This document shows, piece by piece, positions 44,641 through 58,448 of a stretch of DNA of 64,000 nt. Under the pieces are notes generated by a model that was given only the letters and a program-made list of their open reading frames with translations, was not told the origin of the DNA and did no database searches. The position numbers and the translations under genes are program-made. Every line of letters starts with the position of its first letter. Position 1 is the stretch's first letter. Source of the DNA: the human T2T-CHM13v2.0 reference genome, Homo sapiens; the NCBI RefSeq assembly GCF_009914755.1, contig NC_060938.1; one strand, given 5' to 3'.

Positions 44641-45142
44641 TTGCAGCTCAATTACAACTTTCTACCAAAATACCAGTTTACTTTTAGAGGCCCCCATGAT
44701 TCTTACTGCCATTATAACAAAACAAACACATACATCTTATAAACTTCTATATTTGGGGCGTATATGGAATATCTGGGATATTTACTACTTGAAAATGGGC
44801 TTTACTCTTATTCTTTCCACAGAAATATGATACTTTATGTATTCTAGAATAGCTTATGTTATTGTGTGCAAGTAATTGAAATATCTTATAAAATATTAGT
44901 AATTGATAGAAGAAGAATGAAACTTGATGCTCAGTTTAGATTTGGGCTACCAGCAGGAGGGAGCATAATGTTTAAAATGTATTTTCCTTCTGCTAACAGA
45001 GAACAACAGAGGAGAGAATACTAACATAAATTATTTTAAAAGAAAATTTCAAGGCTTCCACATGTATTTTGTGAAGAATGGAGACTACAAGTAAATTTTT
45101 TTTCATTTAAGAACAAAGTTTAATGACTTTTCCTCCTTATAA

Positions 45143-47591
45143 TGTCACAGGGTGTTACTTCACTAGCCAGAAACCTTTGTGGCTGGTGGCATCTTTGCCT
45201 GAGTTTTGCTCAGGCCTGCTGGGCTCATTCCATCCACTTAGCCTGGAAAGCTGCACTTGCTGGTGCTACCAGCCTCGCTCTCATGCTTGCCAAGGGCGAG
45301 CCAGGTGCAGGGTGCTGAGGGGTGCATGAGTGAGCAAACATGGGGTCCAGCTGTGTTCAGAATTGGTGGGTTCTTGGTCTTGCTGACTTCAAGAATGAAG
45401 CCGCAGACCCTCAGGGTGAGTGTTACAGTTCTTAAAGATGGTGTGTCCGCAGTTTGTTCCTTCAGATGTTCGTGGTCTCGCTGACTTCATGAGTGAAGCT
45501 GCAGACCTTTGCAGAGTGTTACAGCTCTTAAAGATGGCGCATCTGGAGTTGTTTGTTCCTCCTGGTGGGTTTGTGGTCTTGCTGACTTCAGGAGTGAAGC
45601 TGCAGACCTTTGCACTGAGTGTCACAGCTCTTAAAGGTGGTGCGTCTAGAGTTGTTCATTTCTCCTGGTGGGTTCGTGGTCTCGCTGGCTTCAGGAGTGA
45701 AGCTGCAGACCTTCATGGTGAGTGTTACAGCTCATAAAGGTAGTGAGCACCAAAAGAGTGAGCAGCAGCAGCAATAATTATTGCAAAGAGCAAAAGAACA
45801 AACCTTCCACATCTGGAAGGGGACCCAGTGGGTTGCCACTGCTGGCTCTGGTGACCTGCTTTTATTCCCTTATTTGGCCCCACCCACATCCTGATGATTG
45901 GTCCATTTTACAGAGAGCTGATTTGTCCATTTTACAGAGTGCTGATTGGTTCGTTTTGACAGAGTGCTGATTGGTGCGTTTACAAATCTTTAGCTAGACA
46001 CAGAGCGCTGATCGGTGCTTTTACAATCCTTTAGCTAGACATAAAAGTTCTCCAAGTTCCCTACCCGATTAGCTAGACAGAGAGTGCTGATTGGTGTGTT
46101 TACAAACCTTTAGCTACACACAGAGCACTGATTGGTGCGTTTACAATCCTTTAGCTAGACACAGAGTTCTCCAAGTCCCCACCCGACCCAGAAGCCCAGC
46201 TGGCTTCACCTCTAACAGCCACTGCAGCCAAGCATGCCAGCTGTAGCAGGGTGGGCAGCTCCAGGTACCGGCACTGGTGCTGGCTCCCTGTGAAGCTGCA
46301 GCTGGACCAAGTGTACTGCAAGCAGCTTCCACTGCTGACACCAGGGAATGTGGTGGTGCTTGGAAGCTTGGAGATGCCAGGAAACAGAGAGCCCCAAAGA
46401 GGGTGTCACAGTCCTGGTTCGGGGAGCTCCTAGATCTGGGCTCCCCGAAGTGCCACAGCTCTTCTCTCCTTCTCTCTTCGCTTCTTCTTGTTGCCAGCAA
46501 CATGGTGAGTGAGGGGTATGTTTCAGCCCTATTGTGTTACAGCTCTTTTAGTCCTGCCATTTGGTGGGTATCGAGTTCTTGTCCTGCATCCAGGAAGAAT
46601 GAGTTATGCAGACAACTGGAGGGTAAGGCGATGAGGTGCTTTATTGAGTGAAAGTACAGCTCTCAGGAGACCCAAAGTGAGTAGCTCTTTTCCACAGGCA
46701 GGTCATACTGAGTGCAGCTCTCAGCAGAAAGGAGACCCACAGTGGGTAGCTTCTCTCTACAGGCAGGTCATCCTGTGGAGTCTGCAGCCCTCAGCTGACA
46801 GGAGACCTGCAGTGGGTAGCACCTATTCACAGGCAGGTCAGCCAGACATCTGCCTGAGTCTAGCTCAGTCCAGGGGGTTTTATGGGCTTCAGAGGGGAGA
46901 AAGAACGTGCTGATTTGTCCATAGGCAGTCATGGGTGGGGCTGGAAAAGCACTGTAAGTTCTCACTCTGGTCTGCAGAACTGGCAGCCTAGACCCCAGGC
47001 TTCAGGCCATCCCAGGCCCAAACGTGGGGCTCCACTGGGGATCCGCTCCTTCCTACCCAGGAGCCTGTCTGCTTCTCACGGCCATCAGCCTGCTGTCCCC
47101 AGCACTCAGTCTGTTTGTGCCGAGCAGTGCCTGCAGGCCCATGCTGAGCCCCACTCAGCCTCCTCGGCCTCCCTCACGTTCTTCTTGATACCCAAAGTCT
47201 GGAGGGGGCTGAGGCAGCAGGGGACTGGCTTGTCAGTGCTGCCTTGAGTGCTTGCACACCTGGCTGGGTGGTAACAGGGCCCTGGCTTGGCCTTAACTCT
47301 GCTCCAAAATCAGACTGGGTGCTGGGATCAGGGAAAGGCCGGGCAGAGAGAGTAGGCATTTCTGAGCCTGCAGGGGAAGCGGTGCTTCCCAGGCCACGAG
47401 AGCATAGGAATGCCTAGATCTGCAGCCATGGCCTAGGAGGGCAGAGGTCCAGCTCCTCCAACTCAGAAGGGGGCGGGGCTTCCACCTGTCCCAGTCTCCT
47501 GCAGGCTCTGTGGCATGAAAAGCCTCACTGTGTCTCCCCCACTGCAGCTGGTGTCTTCACAGCAGTGGCTCTAGACAGGTCGCTGCCATCA
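45143..47591 (-). mobile_element. MER52A-like ERV1 solo LTR, split by a nested LTR12
   Basis: TGTCAC...GCCATCA termini; 4-bp TSD ATAA (45139-45142 and 47592-47595); GC-rich but CpG-decayed. Confidence 0.85.
45352..46215 (-). mobile_element. LTR12-family (HERV9) solo LTR, short variant
   Basis: tgtgttcagaattggtgggttcttgg...cttcacctctaa; TSD CAGC; tandem ctgattggt (CCAAT) repeats and gaagctgcagacctt repeats. Confidence 0.93.
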
Positions 47592-48729
47592 ATAAATAAG
47601 TAGGCCCTAAGGCCTAGTTTGGGAACCTAAGCTGCTAAGCAAAAATGTTATAAAATGCTAATTACTCTGTGAGCAGGGGAAATCTTTCGAGATTATGTTG
47701 CCTTTAAAAATAAATTTATTTTTTCTTATGAATTTAGACTTTATTCCAGAAACTCTGTGTGTATACGTGTGTGTTTGAATGTGTATGAATGTGTCTTTTT
47801 TTCAAGGTTTACACAGTGAAGGCCTGAAAAGGACAGGAGTAGGGAGAAATCTTACTTACTACTCATATTTTTGTGGAGATTTGGAAAGGTACCCAAGGTC
47901 CATACTGATCTGATTTGCTGAAGAGCCTTCATAGTGATATTCTAGAGAGAATAATTAGAACTCCAATAAATGTATGGTACATTCAGGGTGGGAGAAAACT
48001 GCTTCAAGAAAACTTGTTGATTAGTGGAATTGAAGTTTTACTCAAGAGGGCAGTGGAGGATTGAAAAGGGGGTACAGATTCCAAGGAGGAAAAAAAAGGA
48101 ACACAGTCCTCAGCATAGAGAAGTTGGACTAGGAAATGGAGAGAACCTTTGAAAACACCTTTGCAAAGGATTTAACATTCTTCTGAATTTTTCCCTGGCC
48201 TTTGTTAATAGCATATTTACCCTGTAGTTGCAAGAAGACTTTTCTCACTACGTTGTTTTGCTAGCTAGATATCAAACTTCCAGTTTAAAAAAGTGTATGA
48301 TGTTAAGGAAAATTTAGAAACTATGTAAGTAAGGGGTTAAACTCCTCTCAGACTACTCTGGGCTGTAGGGAATTGGCAATATATTTTCAGTAGGAGCCAT
48401 ACTTTATTCATCTGGAAGCAGTCAACTGTGTGGTCTAAGTATAATTGAAATAATTGAGACTCTTCCCAACCCCAAGTCACCTTCCCTAAACTTTACTTGA
48501 AGCAGATCCTCCTGGAAAGGGAGGAATGTACACATTGGTTGCTCATATAATGAAACATTAAGGCTTCTTGACATCAAGTAATTCCCAGCTGATCTGTTTT
48601 TAAATATCAGACAATTTATCTGAAATTTCCCTGTTTCCAATGTCACACCCTCTAAATTGTTCTCCTCAGAGATGGGAGAGTATCAACATGATATATTTGA
48701 AAATGCATAATTAATAATCTAATGTCCTA

Positions 48730-49072
48730 GCTTTAAATTTTCTTCATGGCTTATAGTGACCTGCAGGGCAAAATTCAAATTATTTTGTTGAATATCCAAG
48801 GCTTTCGAGAATCTTAACTCTTCCCTTTCTCTCATTATTTCTTTATCTTCTCCTTCAGGAAAAATCTCCTTTGGTCCATCACCTCTCCATCTTCTTAGGA
48901 TACTGTAATTACTAATAGCAGCATCTATATTTTGTTGCCTTTATTTGTTTTTCTCCTCTGCTAGCCTGTGACCTTCAGGAGAGCAAAAATTATATATTCT
49001 ACCTCTATATTCTCAGTATGTGGCTTGCAAACTAACAGAGTAATTAACAAACAATATTTTATTGAATTAATT
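48730..49072 (+). mobile_element. L2 fragments including the 3' end
   Basis: ctagcctgtgaccttcaggagagca...aatatttttattgaattaatt. Confidence 0.55.
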
Positions 49073-50624
49073 GACATGTGATCCTTCCTATGCCCCTCTT
49101 TTGTTAGTTATAAAACACCTTCCCCTGTATGATAGCTGTTCAGGTCCAGGTGATTTCATCATTCTCCCTTTTTAGTTAGTTGGGGTGAAGGCACTCTGAT
49201 CAGTTGGTAGTGAATGGAAGTGTTAGGTTCAATTGTAGTTAGAAATCACATTCCTAAAAGCGGAAACCCTACACTTTCTGTTTCTACTTGCTGCAGATTA
49301 GAAAGCAGATAAGGTGCTGGTGACCTGGATTTGACTTTAATGAGGAGTCATCACTCTGGAAAAGGTAAAACAGATAGAAGGAACCTAGGTCCTTGGAAAA
49401 CTTCATGGACTAATTTCCACTGCTCTTCTTGGATTGCTCACATGCCTCTGGACATAAGGGAGAAATATTTTTTAGTAAAGGTTAGCCTGTCCTCTAACTA
49501 GTATATCTGGGAGTGCATTGGATAAAATGCCTGTGTTGCTTCTTTTGTGTGATTGCACAGGAGTTCATTCTATTTGCTGATTTTAATTGTCTACAAGAAC
49601 CACTCTGCATCTTTCTCATCAAGACAACTTCCCTAGGATTGATCTTCAAAACATACAAGTATTTAATTTTGGAGATAAGGAGAAACATATTTTCTCTGTT
49701 TGGAGTTTTTGTCATAGTTGTGTCAGGATTTACAAGTCCAACATAGTGAGTGTGAAAGTGGTGGCCAGAAGGATTTTTCTTTATGTTTGTTACTGAGCCT
49801 CTACAGGCTTTATTACCACTACCTGAAACCATCTATTTTCTGGTAATAAAAGTAGGTTTTTTAAATTTACTTTTTTTTTTCAAAATAGTAGTAAGCAAGA
49901 GCAATTCTCAGTCTATTGATAATTTTAATACTAAGTAGTTGAATATGGTCTCAGAGATTCTAAACATATAATATACTCAAATATAAAAGTTATTTTTCTG
50001 ATTCATATAATAAATGTATGATAAATGTCCCATCTGCTTTGTTAACTGAGTTGTATCAAGACAACCTCAATGAGATTATTCATCAGCACTAGTTATTTGT
50101 CCATAGAAAATACTTTTGGGTCAATTATAATAATATATAAGAATGTAGTTGTTACTTTGTTTTGGATAATCTTCAAGTAGATACCTTGTCCAAATGAGAA
50201 TTCTCATAATTGGCCTTGATTCATCCTCCCTCATTAGCTACAACTAAATATTGATTTTACTTCATATTTTTCTGTGCTTAAACTCCATTTTTAAATTTCT
50301 GGTGTCTTTACTTCTACCTAATTCAATCCTCTCTCACAATCTTGCAAAGATTATTTTTCCAATAGCTTCCTATTGCTTCCCTTTTCCAGGTATGTCAGCC
50401 CATTCCCTGCTTTGTCATCAGGGTAATAAAAATTAATTTATCAGGCTACTGTTACACTAAAAATGTGGGCAGTTCTATAATAATGTTTCAGGCCATGGTT
50501 TTAGAGGAAAAAATAATAAACTTAATGGCAATTTTGTAGATATTTAAATTCCCTAAGCTGGTTTTAACACTAATATGTAAAAAGCTTATTACCATGAGAA
50601 AAAAAGCTAAACTAACCAAAAATG

Positions 50625-53032
50625 AACTATTTTTTTTTTTGGGACTCATCAGGGAACTAAGGTCACAAGGCAAACAGTCACCTTGAAATCTGGAAAGACA
50701 AGGAAATCCATGGAGTTACAACTGAGGTCTGGTTTTCTGGTTAAAGCAGAAGCCACTGAAGCAATACACAGAAAATGACATTTGAATGTAATTTTGATGA
50801 ATTGCTGCAGCCTGGGTGTGGACTAGCATGACAAAACTCCTGGGAACCACAGGCTTAGGGAGTCCTAACACTTTTATGGGTTTTAACTCTAGGAACCCCA
50901 TCAGAGCTTCACTGTGGAGATTTGAGAAAGATCCCCTAGTGGCTCTGGCAAAGGTTGGAGGAAAAGTTACCACGTAAAATATGCCTAGAACATTTCCCAT
51001 AACAAAGGCTGACTGTCCCTGGGGAAGAAAAAGTAAACCAAAAACCCTTATCAAAGCCTTGTTCCACCTGAGGTAAAGATATTTTCCTGATTTCACCCAC
51101 CTATCACTTCCCACCTCACCTAAGAGAAGTTAAGAAACATTAGTGAAGGTCACAACCCTGGAACACAGGTCCATTAAAAGACTGATTTTAATTATAAGGC
51201 TATAAAGAGCTTCCTCTCTCTCATATCTTACCACTCCACCAACAGGGTTCGAGTATAACATTGGATTGCAGCTGGCAGAGCTGCAGGACATGGACTATAT
51301 CTAAAAAGGGGCGCCCAAAGGCAACGGGGGAGACAAGAAAACTAAATAAATTTAAAGTCTATAACACCTACAACTACAGCAAACATTAAATGTAGCCCAA
51401 GTCCCACCCAGATTAAAATAAATCCTCACACTAAAGGCATATTTATGTCAGTTCCTATCGCCAGATAAATCATGTTTATTGTTCAACAGAAAAGTTACAA
51501 GCCTTGTTTAAAGAAAAATAAATAAATAAATAAACAAAATCACCTAAAGAGGTGAAGCAAAAATCAGAACCAAAATTAGATATGACACCAGTATTGGAAT
51601 TATTAGAGAATTTAAGATGACCATAATTAATATGTTTAAGGTTTTGATAAAAAAGTAAACAACATGCAAAAAACAATGGGTAATGTAAGCAGAGAAATAA
51701 AATCCTAAGAATGAATAAAAAGAAAATTCTAGAAATAAAAAATATGAAGAGAAATGAATAATGCCTTTGAAGAGCTCATCAGTAAACTGGACATAAATGA
51801 AGAAATAATCAATGGGCTTGAAGATAGCCCCATAGAGAGATTCCATGTTAAAAGAGAAATAAGAATTGGAAAAAGTGATCCAGAACATTCAATAGTTGTG
51901 GGACAATTTATAAATGTATAACATGTGTATAATTGGATAACCAAAAGTGGAAGAAAAAGAGATCAGAACAGAGTAAATATCTGAAGTAATAATGGCTAAG
52001 TTTTCAAAATTAATGACAGACATCTAGCCACAGATCCTAGAGGCTCAGAGAACACCAGGAAGTATAAATACCAAAAATTTACATCTAAACATGTCATATG
52101 CAAGCCACAGAAAGCTAATTGTAAAGAGAAAATCTTGAAAAAAAAAAACAGACCTTCTTAGACAAACAAAAACAGGTAATTTATTGCCAATGAACCAGCC
52201 CAAAGAAATGTTAAAGAAGTTCTTCAGGGAGAAGAACAATGATACAGGTTAGAAACATTATATGTATAAAGAACAGGGAGAGCATCAGAGAAGAAATAAA
52301 TGAAGCTAAAACAAAATCTTTTATTTTATTACTCTTAATTGATATAAAAGAGAACTTCATTTACCATAATATTAAAGAAAATATATTTGATGACCATAGC
52401 ATATAAATAAGTGAAATAAATGAATGAGATCAATGTCACAAATGATAGGAGAGGATTAAGAATACTCTGTTATAAAGTATTACATGTGAAGCAGCATAGT
52501 CTTATTTGAGGGTGGACTTAGATTGGTTAAGGTACATTGTAGCCTCTAGGGAAGTCAATAAATTTTTTTTTTAAATATAATTAATATTCTAAAAGAAGAT
52601 GTAAAATAAAATTATATAAAATACTCATTAAAACCTGAGAAGACGGAAAAAGAGAAAAAAAGAAACAAAGAACAAGTGCAATGAATAACAGTTAAAAACA
52701 TGGTTGATAATCATGACTTTAAATGCAAATGGTCTAAATACAGAAATTTATAAAAACAGATTGTCAGAATGGATAAATACTACAAGCAAATATTCTGTCT
52801 ATAGGAAATGACTTCAAATATAAGGCTCAGAAAGGTTAAAAGTAAAGGGATAGGGAAAGATATATCACACTAACAGTAATCATTAGAAAGCTGTAGTAGT
52901 TATGTATAAATTTCAGACAAAGCAGGCTAGAGAACAGAACATTCATCAGAAAATTAATCAGATAATGAAGGTCATTATATAATTAGGTCTATTCTCTAAG
53001 AAGACATAACAGTACTTAATATGTATGCATCA
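50625..53032 (+). mobile_element. Old L1 (L1MC/MD/M4-like) 5'UTR, ORF1 and start of ORF2
   Basis: ORF1-like A-rich sequence (gaggctcagagaacaccagg) and EN-start motif actttaaatgcaaatggtctaaata. Confidence 0.75.
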
Positions 53033-53734
53033 AAACTTTCTTAGCTTGATTTCTCATGTGTAAAATAGGAAACATAAAACATCCCTCAGAGGATTTTTAA
53101 TATTAAAAATATGTAAATTGACCATTCATTTAATATATCTTAATTTTTTTGGCATGGTGTACTTGACATTCACAAATGTGTTGTCACTTTCCTTTCTACT
53201 CTCAATTAATGCTACTCTTTCCCAAACATGCTTCCTGCAGCCATGTCAAATGCTAATGGTTTTGTGAATAGCCCCACACGTTCATATATGAATTTTTTCA
53301 CATGTAATTTATTCTGCCACCAGACTCAACCTGTTTATCCTATGAAATCTTTACAATCTTGCAAGAAATTGATATAGAATTAATTCCTAGGCTCTCACTG
53401 TTTTCATAGAGATTATAGTTAACTTTAATATAACTTAATTTCATTGCACTGTGTGCCATTCCCTATATCCTTTTTTCCCATTGTAATGAAAGTTCCTGAT
53501 GTAGAGGTACTGTATGGTATTTTACCTTTTGTCCTTTGCACTTAGCAAAACAACTTGCACAAGACAGTACTTACTAATGAAATAACGCTATATTCTCATG
53601 ATTTCCTATTGACACAGTGGATTTACATTTGAGGCCTTTAGCATGGATTATTTTTCTTTAAATTTGATCTCTGTTTTCTCTCAAAGGCTTATAAACTCTT
53701 ACTTACCATTCATGATCTTGCTCACTATAACACT

Positions 53735-55400
53735 GGTATGCTTTCTTCTAAATGTTTTATAATTTTAGCATCTATATTTAGGTTTATGAGTCATTTCAAA
53801 TTAACTTTTATGTTGAATGCATCAAGAAGAGATTTATTTTTTCATCTATTCTTTATTCAGTTGTTCCAATACACCAATTGCTGAAAAGATTTTTTTTCTC
53901 CATTGAATTACATTGCTGCCTGTCGCATATAATTCAGTTGTATCTATGTAGAGCTATTTATGGGCTCTCCTTTGTTTCATGCATCTATTTGTTTATCTTA
54001 TGCCTATATCACAGACTTGGTTGGTGTAGCTTTATAATAAGTCTTGAAGTCAGATTTTATAAATCCTCAAATTTTCTTTATTTTTCAATAATGTTTAACT
54101 GTTCTATCTAGGTTCGTTATACTTCCATACAAATTTTAGCATTTGTTTTTCAGTAATGGCAGAAAAGCCTCCTCAGATATTGAAATTGCATGCCATCTTT
54201 GATTAAGTTGGGGATAATTGATATCTGTACAATATTTATTTAGGTCATCGCTAACTTTTCTCAAGAAAGTCTTCCTGTTTGCAGAGTAGAGGTCTTGCTC
54301 AGGTTTTATTATATATGGCTCTAAATGTTATTTTTTTGTGATATAATGAATGATACTGATTTTTTAATTTTATTTTGCAACTGTTTTTGCTAATTTGTAG
54401 AAATACAACAGATTTTGTATTGATCCTAAATCCTGAGACCTCACTGAATTCACCTATTACATCTAGAATTTTTAATATATTAATATTTCCTAGATGTAAA
54501 TAATTTGGTCTGCAGAAAAAAATACTTACTTTTTTCCTCCCTTGTTACTTTTCCCTCTCTTTCTTCTTTGCTCCTTTGCTCACTCCCTTTCTTCCTTATT
54601 TTTACTTTAATGCAGTATCTAGGACCTTTGAAAAGTACAATGTTGAATACAAATGGTGAAAAAGTATACTACCTTTCCTTGTCTCCAGTCTTAGTGGTGG
54701 TGAATGTCTAATATTTCATCCATAAGTGTGATGTCAGTGGAAAGGTATTCACAGATTACTCAAATTTTCAAATAGAGGTAGTTTTATTTCTAGATCCTGA
54801 GACTTTTCATCATTAATGAGTGGTAGATTTTGTCTAATGCTTTTTTGCATCTGATAAACAACGTGATTTATCTTTTTTATTCTTGTTAATGTGATACATT
54901 ACATTCATTGATTTCTGAATGTTAATATAACCTTGAATTCTCGGCATAAACTTCAGTTAACAATGATATATTTTCTAATTACACATATGCTAAATTGCCT
55001 TGTATTTTCCCACTGGTAATTGGCTTTCTGATCAGTTGCTTTTTTTTTCCCCCTCTGTACTTCCTTTAAGATAACACCTATTGACCTGTCTTTAAATTCA
55101 CAGATTGTTTCTTTTTCAGTTTAATTCTCATGTTAATCCCATTTTGTATTGCAGATGACAGAATTTCTTTATTCTAATAGTTTTATTTTCTCTGTTGAGA
55201 TTCACCATCTGTTTATCGATACTTTCTGTTTGTCAATTCTTGTACTTATTTAGTTAGTTATTTTAAAGTTCATGTTTGCAAGTTCCAATATGTAGTTTAT
55301 CGGTGAGTTAGATGCTTTTGATTTTTTTTCCTTCATTGTGAAGTCCAGTTTTTGCTGGTTCACATAGCTTATAATTCTTATACTGCATACCATACATTGT
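53735..55400 (-). mobile_element. Ancient L1ME-type remnants
   Basis: Degenerate antisense ORF2/ORF1-like sequence. Confidence 0.6.
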
Positions 55401-55574
55401 GTGTAGAAGAACTAGGAAGGTCAGAGTACACCGTTGTTTAGTTGTGTTTCCCCAGAGTGTACGAACATTATTTGTGTCTGTTGGTTACAGTGAGAAAGTA
55501 ATCATTTAATTTTTACCAGTTGTTGAATGACTGAAATCATCTGAGTTAAAAAGCTTTAAGATTAAGCTCATTTC

Positions 55575-55859
55575 GGCCTGACGCAGTGGCTCATGCCTGT
55601 GATCTAGCACTTTGGGAGGCCATGGCGGGTGGATCACCTGAGGTCGGGAGTTTGAGACCAGCCTGACCAACATGGAGAAACCCCGTCTCTACTAAAAATA
55701 CAAATAAAACTAGCTGGGCATGGTGGTGCATGCCTGTAATCCCAGCTACTCAGGAGGCCGAGGCAGGAGAAGCGCTTGAACCCGGGAGGCAGAGGTTGCA
55801 ATGAGTCGAGATCGCGCCACTGCATGCCAGCCTGGGCGACAGAGCGAGACTCCGTCTCA

Positions 55860-55898
<39 letters not shown>

Positions 55899-55944
55899 AA
55901 ACCAAAAAAAAAAACAACATCCAAATCACTGAAAAGAAAAAAAA
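55575..55944 (+). mobile_element. Alu (AluSp-type left arm) with (AAC)12 tail, extra 3' sequence and second A-run
   Basis: gaggtcgggag and cctgaccaacatggag diagnostics; TSD aagattaagctcatttc (55558-55574) / aaggttaagctcatttc (55945-55961). Confidence 0.95.
55861..55896. repeat. (AAC)12 microsatellite
   Basis: Perfect run counted directly. Confidence 0.95.
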
Positions 55945-57779
55945 AAGGTTAAGCTCATTTCTGGCTAGGCCAGTCCAAGACATCCGGTTTGGTGGCTGCA
56001 GGTTGCTGCTGGGAGCTGCCACTGCTATGGAGCAATTACTCTGTTTTATTGAATGTGGGGTCTAGAGAGGTATTGTCATCACATTTACAGTTCCTGAAAC
56101 TATTAGAATAAGTGTTAGAGTTTTTCAAATATGTAAGTTATATGTGTTTCAAACTCAACATCATTGCCTTTATTACTTCAGTGAAACTGAAGAGGAGTGA
56201 GATCAGGAGAAGTGTTACACCAAAAAAAATTTTGTATTCCTGCCTACTTAACAGTTGTCAATATCTTGTCAGATCTCTTCTGAACTGGGTATAGTTTCTG
56301 GATTTTTTGAATGTTTGTCTAGACCTAGACCTAGATCTAGTGTTTGCCCAGAGCTGTTGAAGGAAGCTGATTGCCTGTGAATGCTTCAGTGGAAACCTGT
56401 TCATCAAGTCTTTCTTGTATCTGCCACTAATAAATAACCCTATAGACTGATATAATTTTCAAATATTTTCCAGTTTTTTTCTTGGTATTACCATAGAGGT
56501 AAAGTTCTTCTTTATTCTTTTACACCAAAACAGGAAGTAGGTCTATGGAATATATACATTTGGTTTGAGTGTTAATTTCTCAAATGTGGCCTCTGAAGAG
56601 TCTATAGAGCCTTATTATGCAGGAGTAAATATTCCTTTAGACCCAGTCATATTTTCAAGGTAGATATGTTCAGCATATTTACATTCCATAATTTATGAAG
56701 CTTTTCCGCTAAAAGATAATCCAGATAGTCTATTGTGGAAGAGCAAGCTTGGATACACTAACAAATTAAGATGAAGCAAATATAAATTAAAATCGGTTTT
56801 CAGCATGGTGTGCAGTTATGTGGAAAGCAGGGGAAGAGAAGAAAAACTAGCTGTGAACTAAGGGAGATAAAAAAAATTGACACTAATATTTCAGTGGCAT
56901 AACACTACTGTTCAATCCAAGAACCAAGGAAGATTTCTTAAAGATTGGTAGATATATGGAAGTATGCCAGTGTTTTAGTGAGGAAATATATAACTACATG
57001 AGTGAGGGCATCTGCACTGTGGTGTAGAGGTCACTGATGTAGATTCCAGATAACCTAAAGGTGTGCAATATTGCTAGGATGTACTTTCAGAATTTAACGT
57101 AGAGTAAATATTTTTAAATGTTTTTCAAATTTAAAAAAGTAATACATATTTGTAGTAACAGTTAGTATAAAATAGCACAAAAATAGCACAAGTTTTATTA
57201 AGTCAAAAATATTTACCTCTCAGCCTTTGAGCTATTTAGTGTTAACAATTTTGTGGATATCTTTGAACACCTTTCTTCTACCTGCTTACATGTACATAAA
57301 CAAGTATTTTATATATAAAGAGAGTGTTTAGAGAGAAAAGTTTGAGCTATTTCTTTCAACAAAAGTCTGAACATACTGCATACATTTCCTTGCAACATTA
57401 AATCATGGAAGTCTGTAAATTCAGAGATAGCTATAAGTTCTGCATGACTTTTATTATGAACTACTATGCTACTTATTTCCTCATTCTGACCCCCCCACAC
57501 TGTCTCGAATTCTATTCACATAAACCTCCACTTCAGTACCCTCGTAATTCATATTAACAACTTGGTGGGTATCTGTCTGTACTCTGCCTCATGAAGCTGA
57601 ACCTTATATGAGCACATACCCTCACAGTATTTTAGATAGTTAGATAGATGTAAGTGTGCCAAGTTTTTTGTTTTTTTATTTTATGTTTCTTTATAGTGTC
57701 ATAATAACAATTACTCAGACCCTAGAACTTTCTTTGAACTGCACAATGGCCATCTCATTCAACAATACCTCATGGAAAA

Positions 57780-58380
57780 CAACCCAGAACAAATTTTATA
57801 TTGTAATTTATGTTTTTGATAGTCTCATATTACATAGTGTGACACTCTATCATAATTTATTTAGCCATTATCTTACTTAGTATGTGACCATTTTGTTTTT
57901 ATTTATTTATAACTACAAATAATTCTGTGATAAAAATTTTGGGGTACATGTGTTTAGGTACTAGCACTTTTATTTCTATAGGATAGAAATCTAAAAGTGG
58001 GATTGCTAATTATGTATAAATTTATTATAGTGGATGTTGCTAGATTTAGTTTCCAAAGAGCCATAACAATTTATATTTTTCACCCACAATGTGAATTGTT
58101 TTAAATCCCAACCAGCAGTAGGTACTACAATCCTTTTTTTAATTTTTGTCATTTTGGTACATATAAAATAAAAGTTCACAGCTAGTTTTTAGTGTGCTTT
58201 GCTGACAACTAGGAAGTTTGAGCATTTCTTAACATATGTGTTATTACGTGATGTTTTTTCCTTCTGTAACTTACCATTTCAAAGCATTTTATTCTTTTTC
58301 AGCTGTCATATTTTTTTTGTCAATTTTTAGGAGTTCTTTGTATAGCTAGCTAAGAGCTCTTAATTGTAGATAAGATATTG
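57780..58380 (-). mobile_element. Ancient L1ME 3' remnant
   Basis: ctaaaagtgggattgct...tttccaaag...gagcatttc-like motifs. Confidence 0.55.
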
Positions 58381-58448
58381 TACATTTTTGTATACCTGAG
58401 TTTGTGGCCTATAAAACAACAACAAAAAGAAGCACTACATATATGAAT

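Noticed and set aside
45350-46170. Spaced direct repeats resembling a CRISPR array
   Set aside because: Intrinsic LTR12 tandem repeats; the spacers are homologous to each other and the context is eukaryotic.
45123-47359. Many 60-124-aa ORFs
   Set aside because: GC-rich MER52/LTR12 sequence lowers stop frequency; no coding signature.
48400-48530. Minus-strand acceptor (ttcctccctttccAG) with short ORF and AATAAA
   Set aside because: Only a 29-codon frame and an ambiguous donor; not distinguishable from chance.
55634-56022. Poly-Cys / poly-Val ORFs
   Set aside because: Antisense Alu plus the (AAC)n tail.
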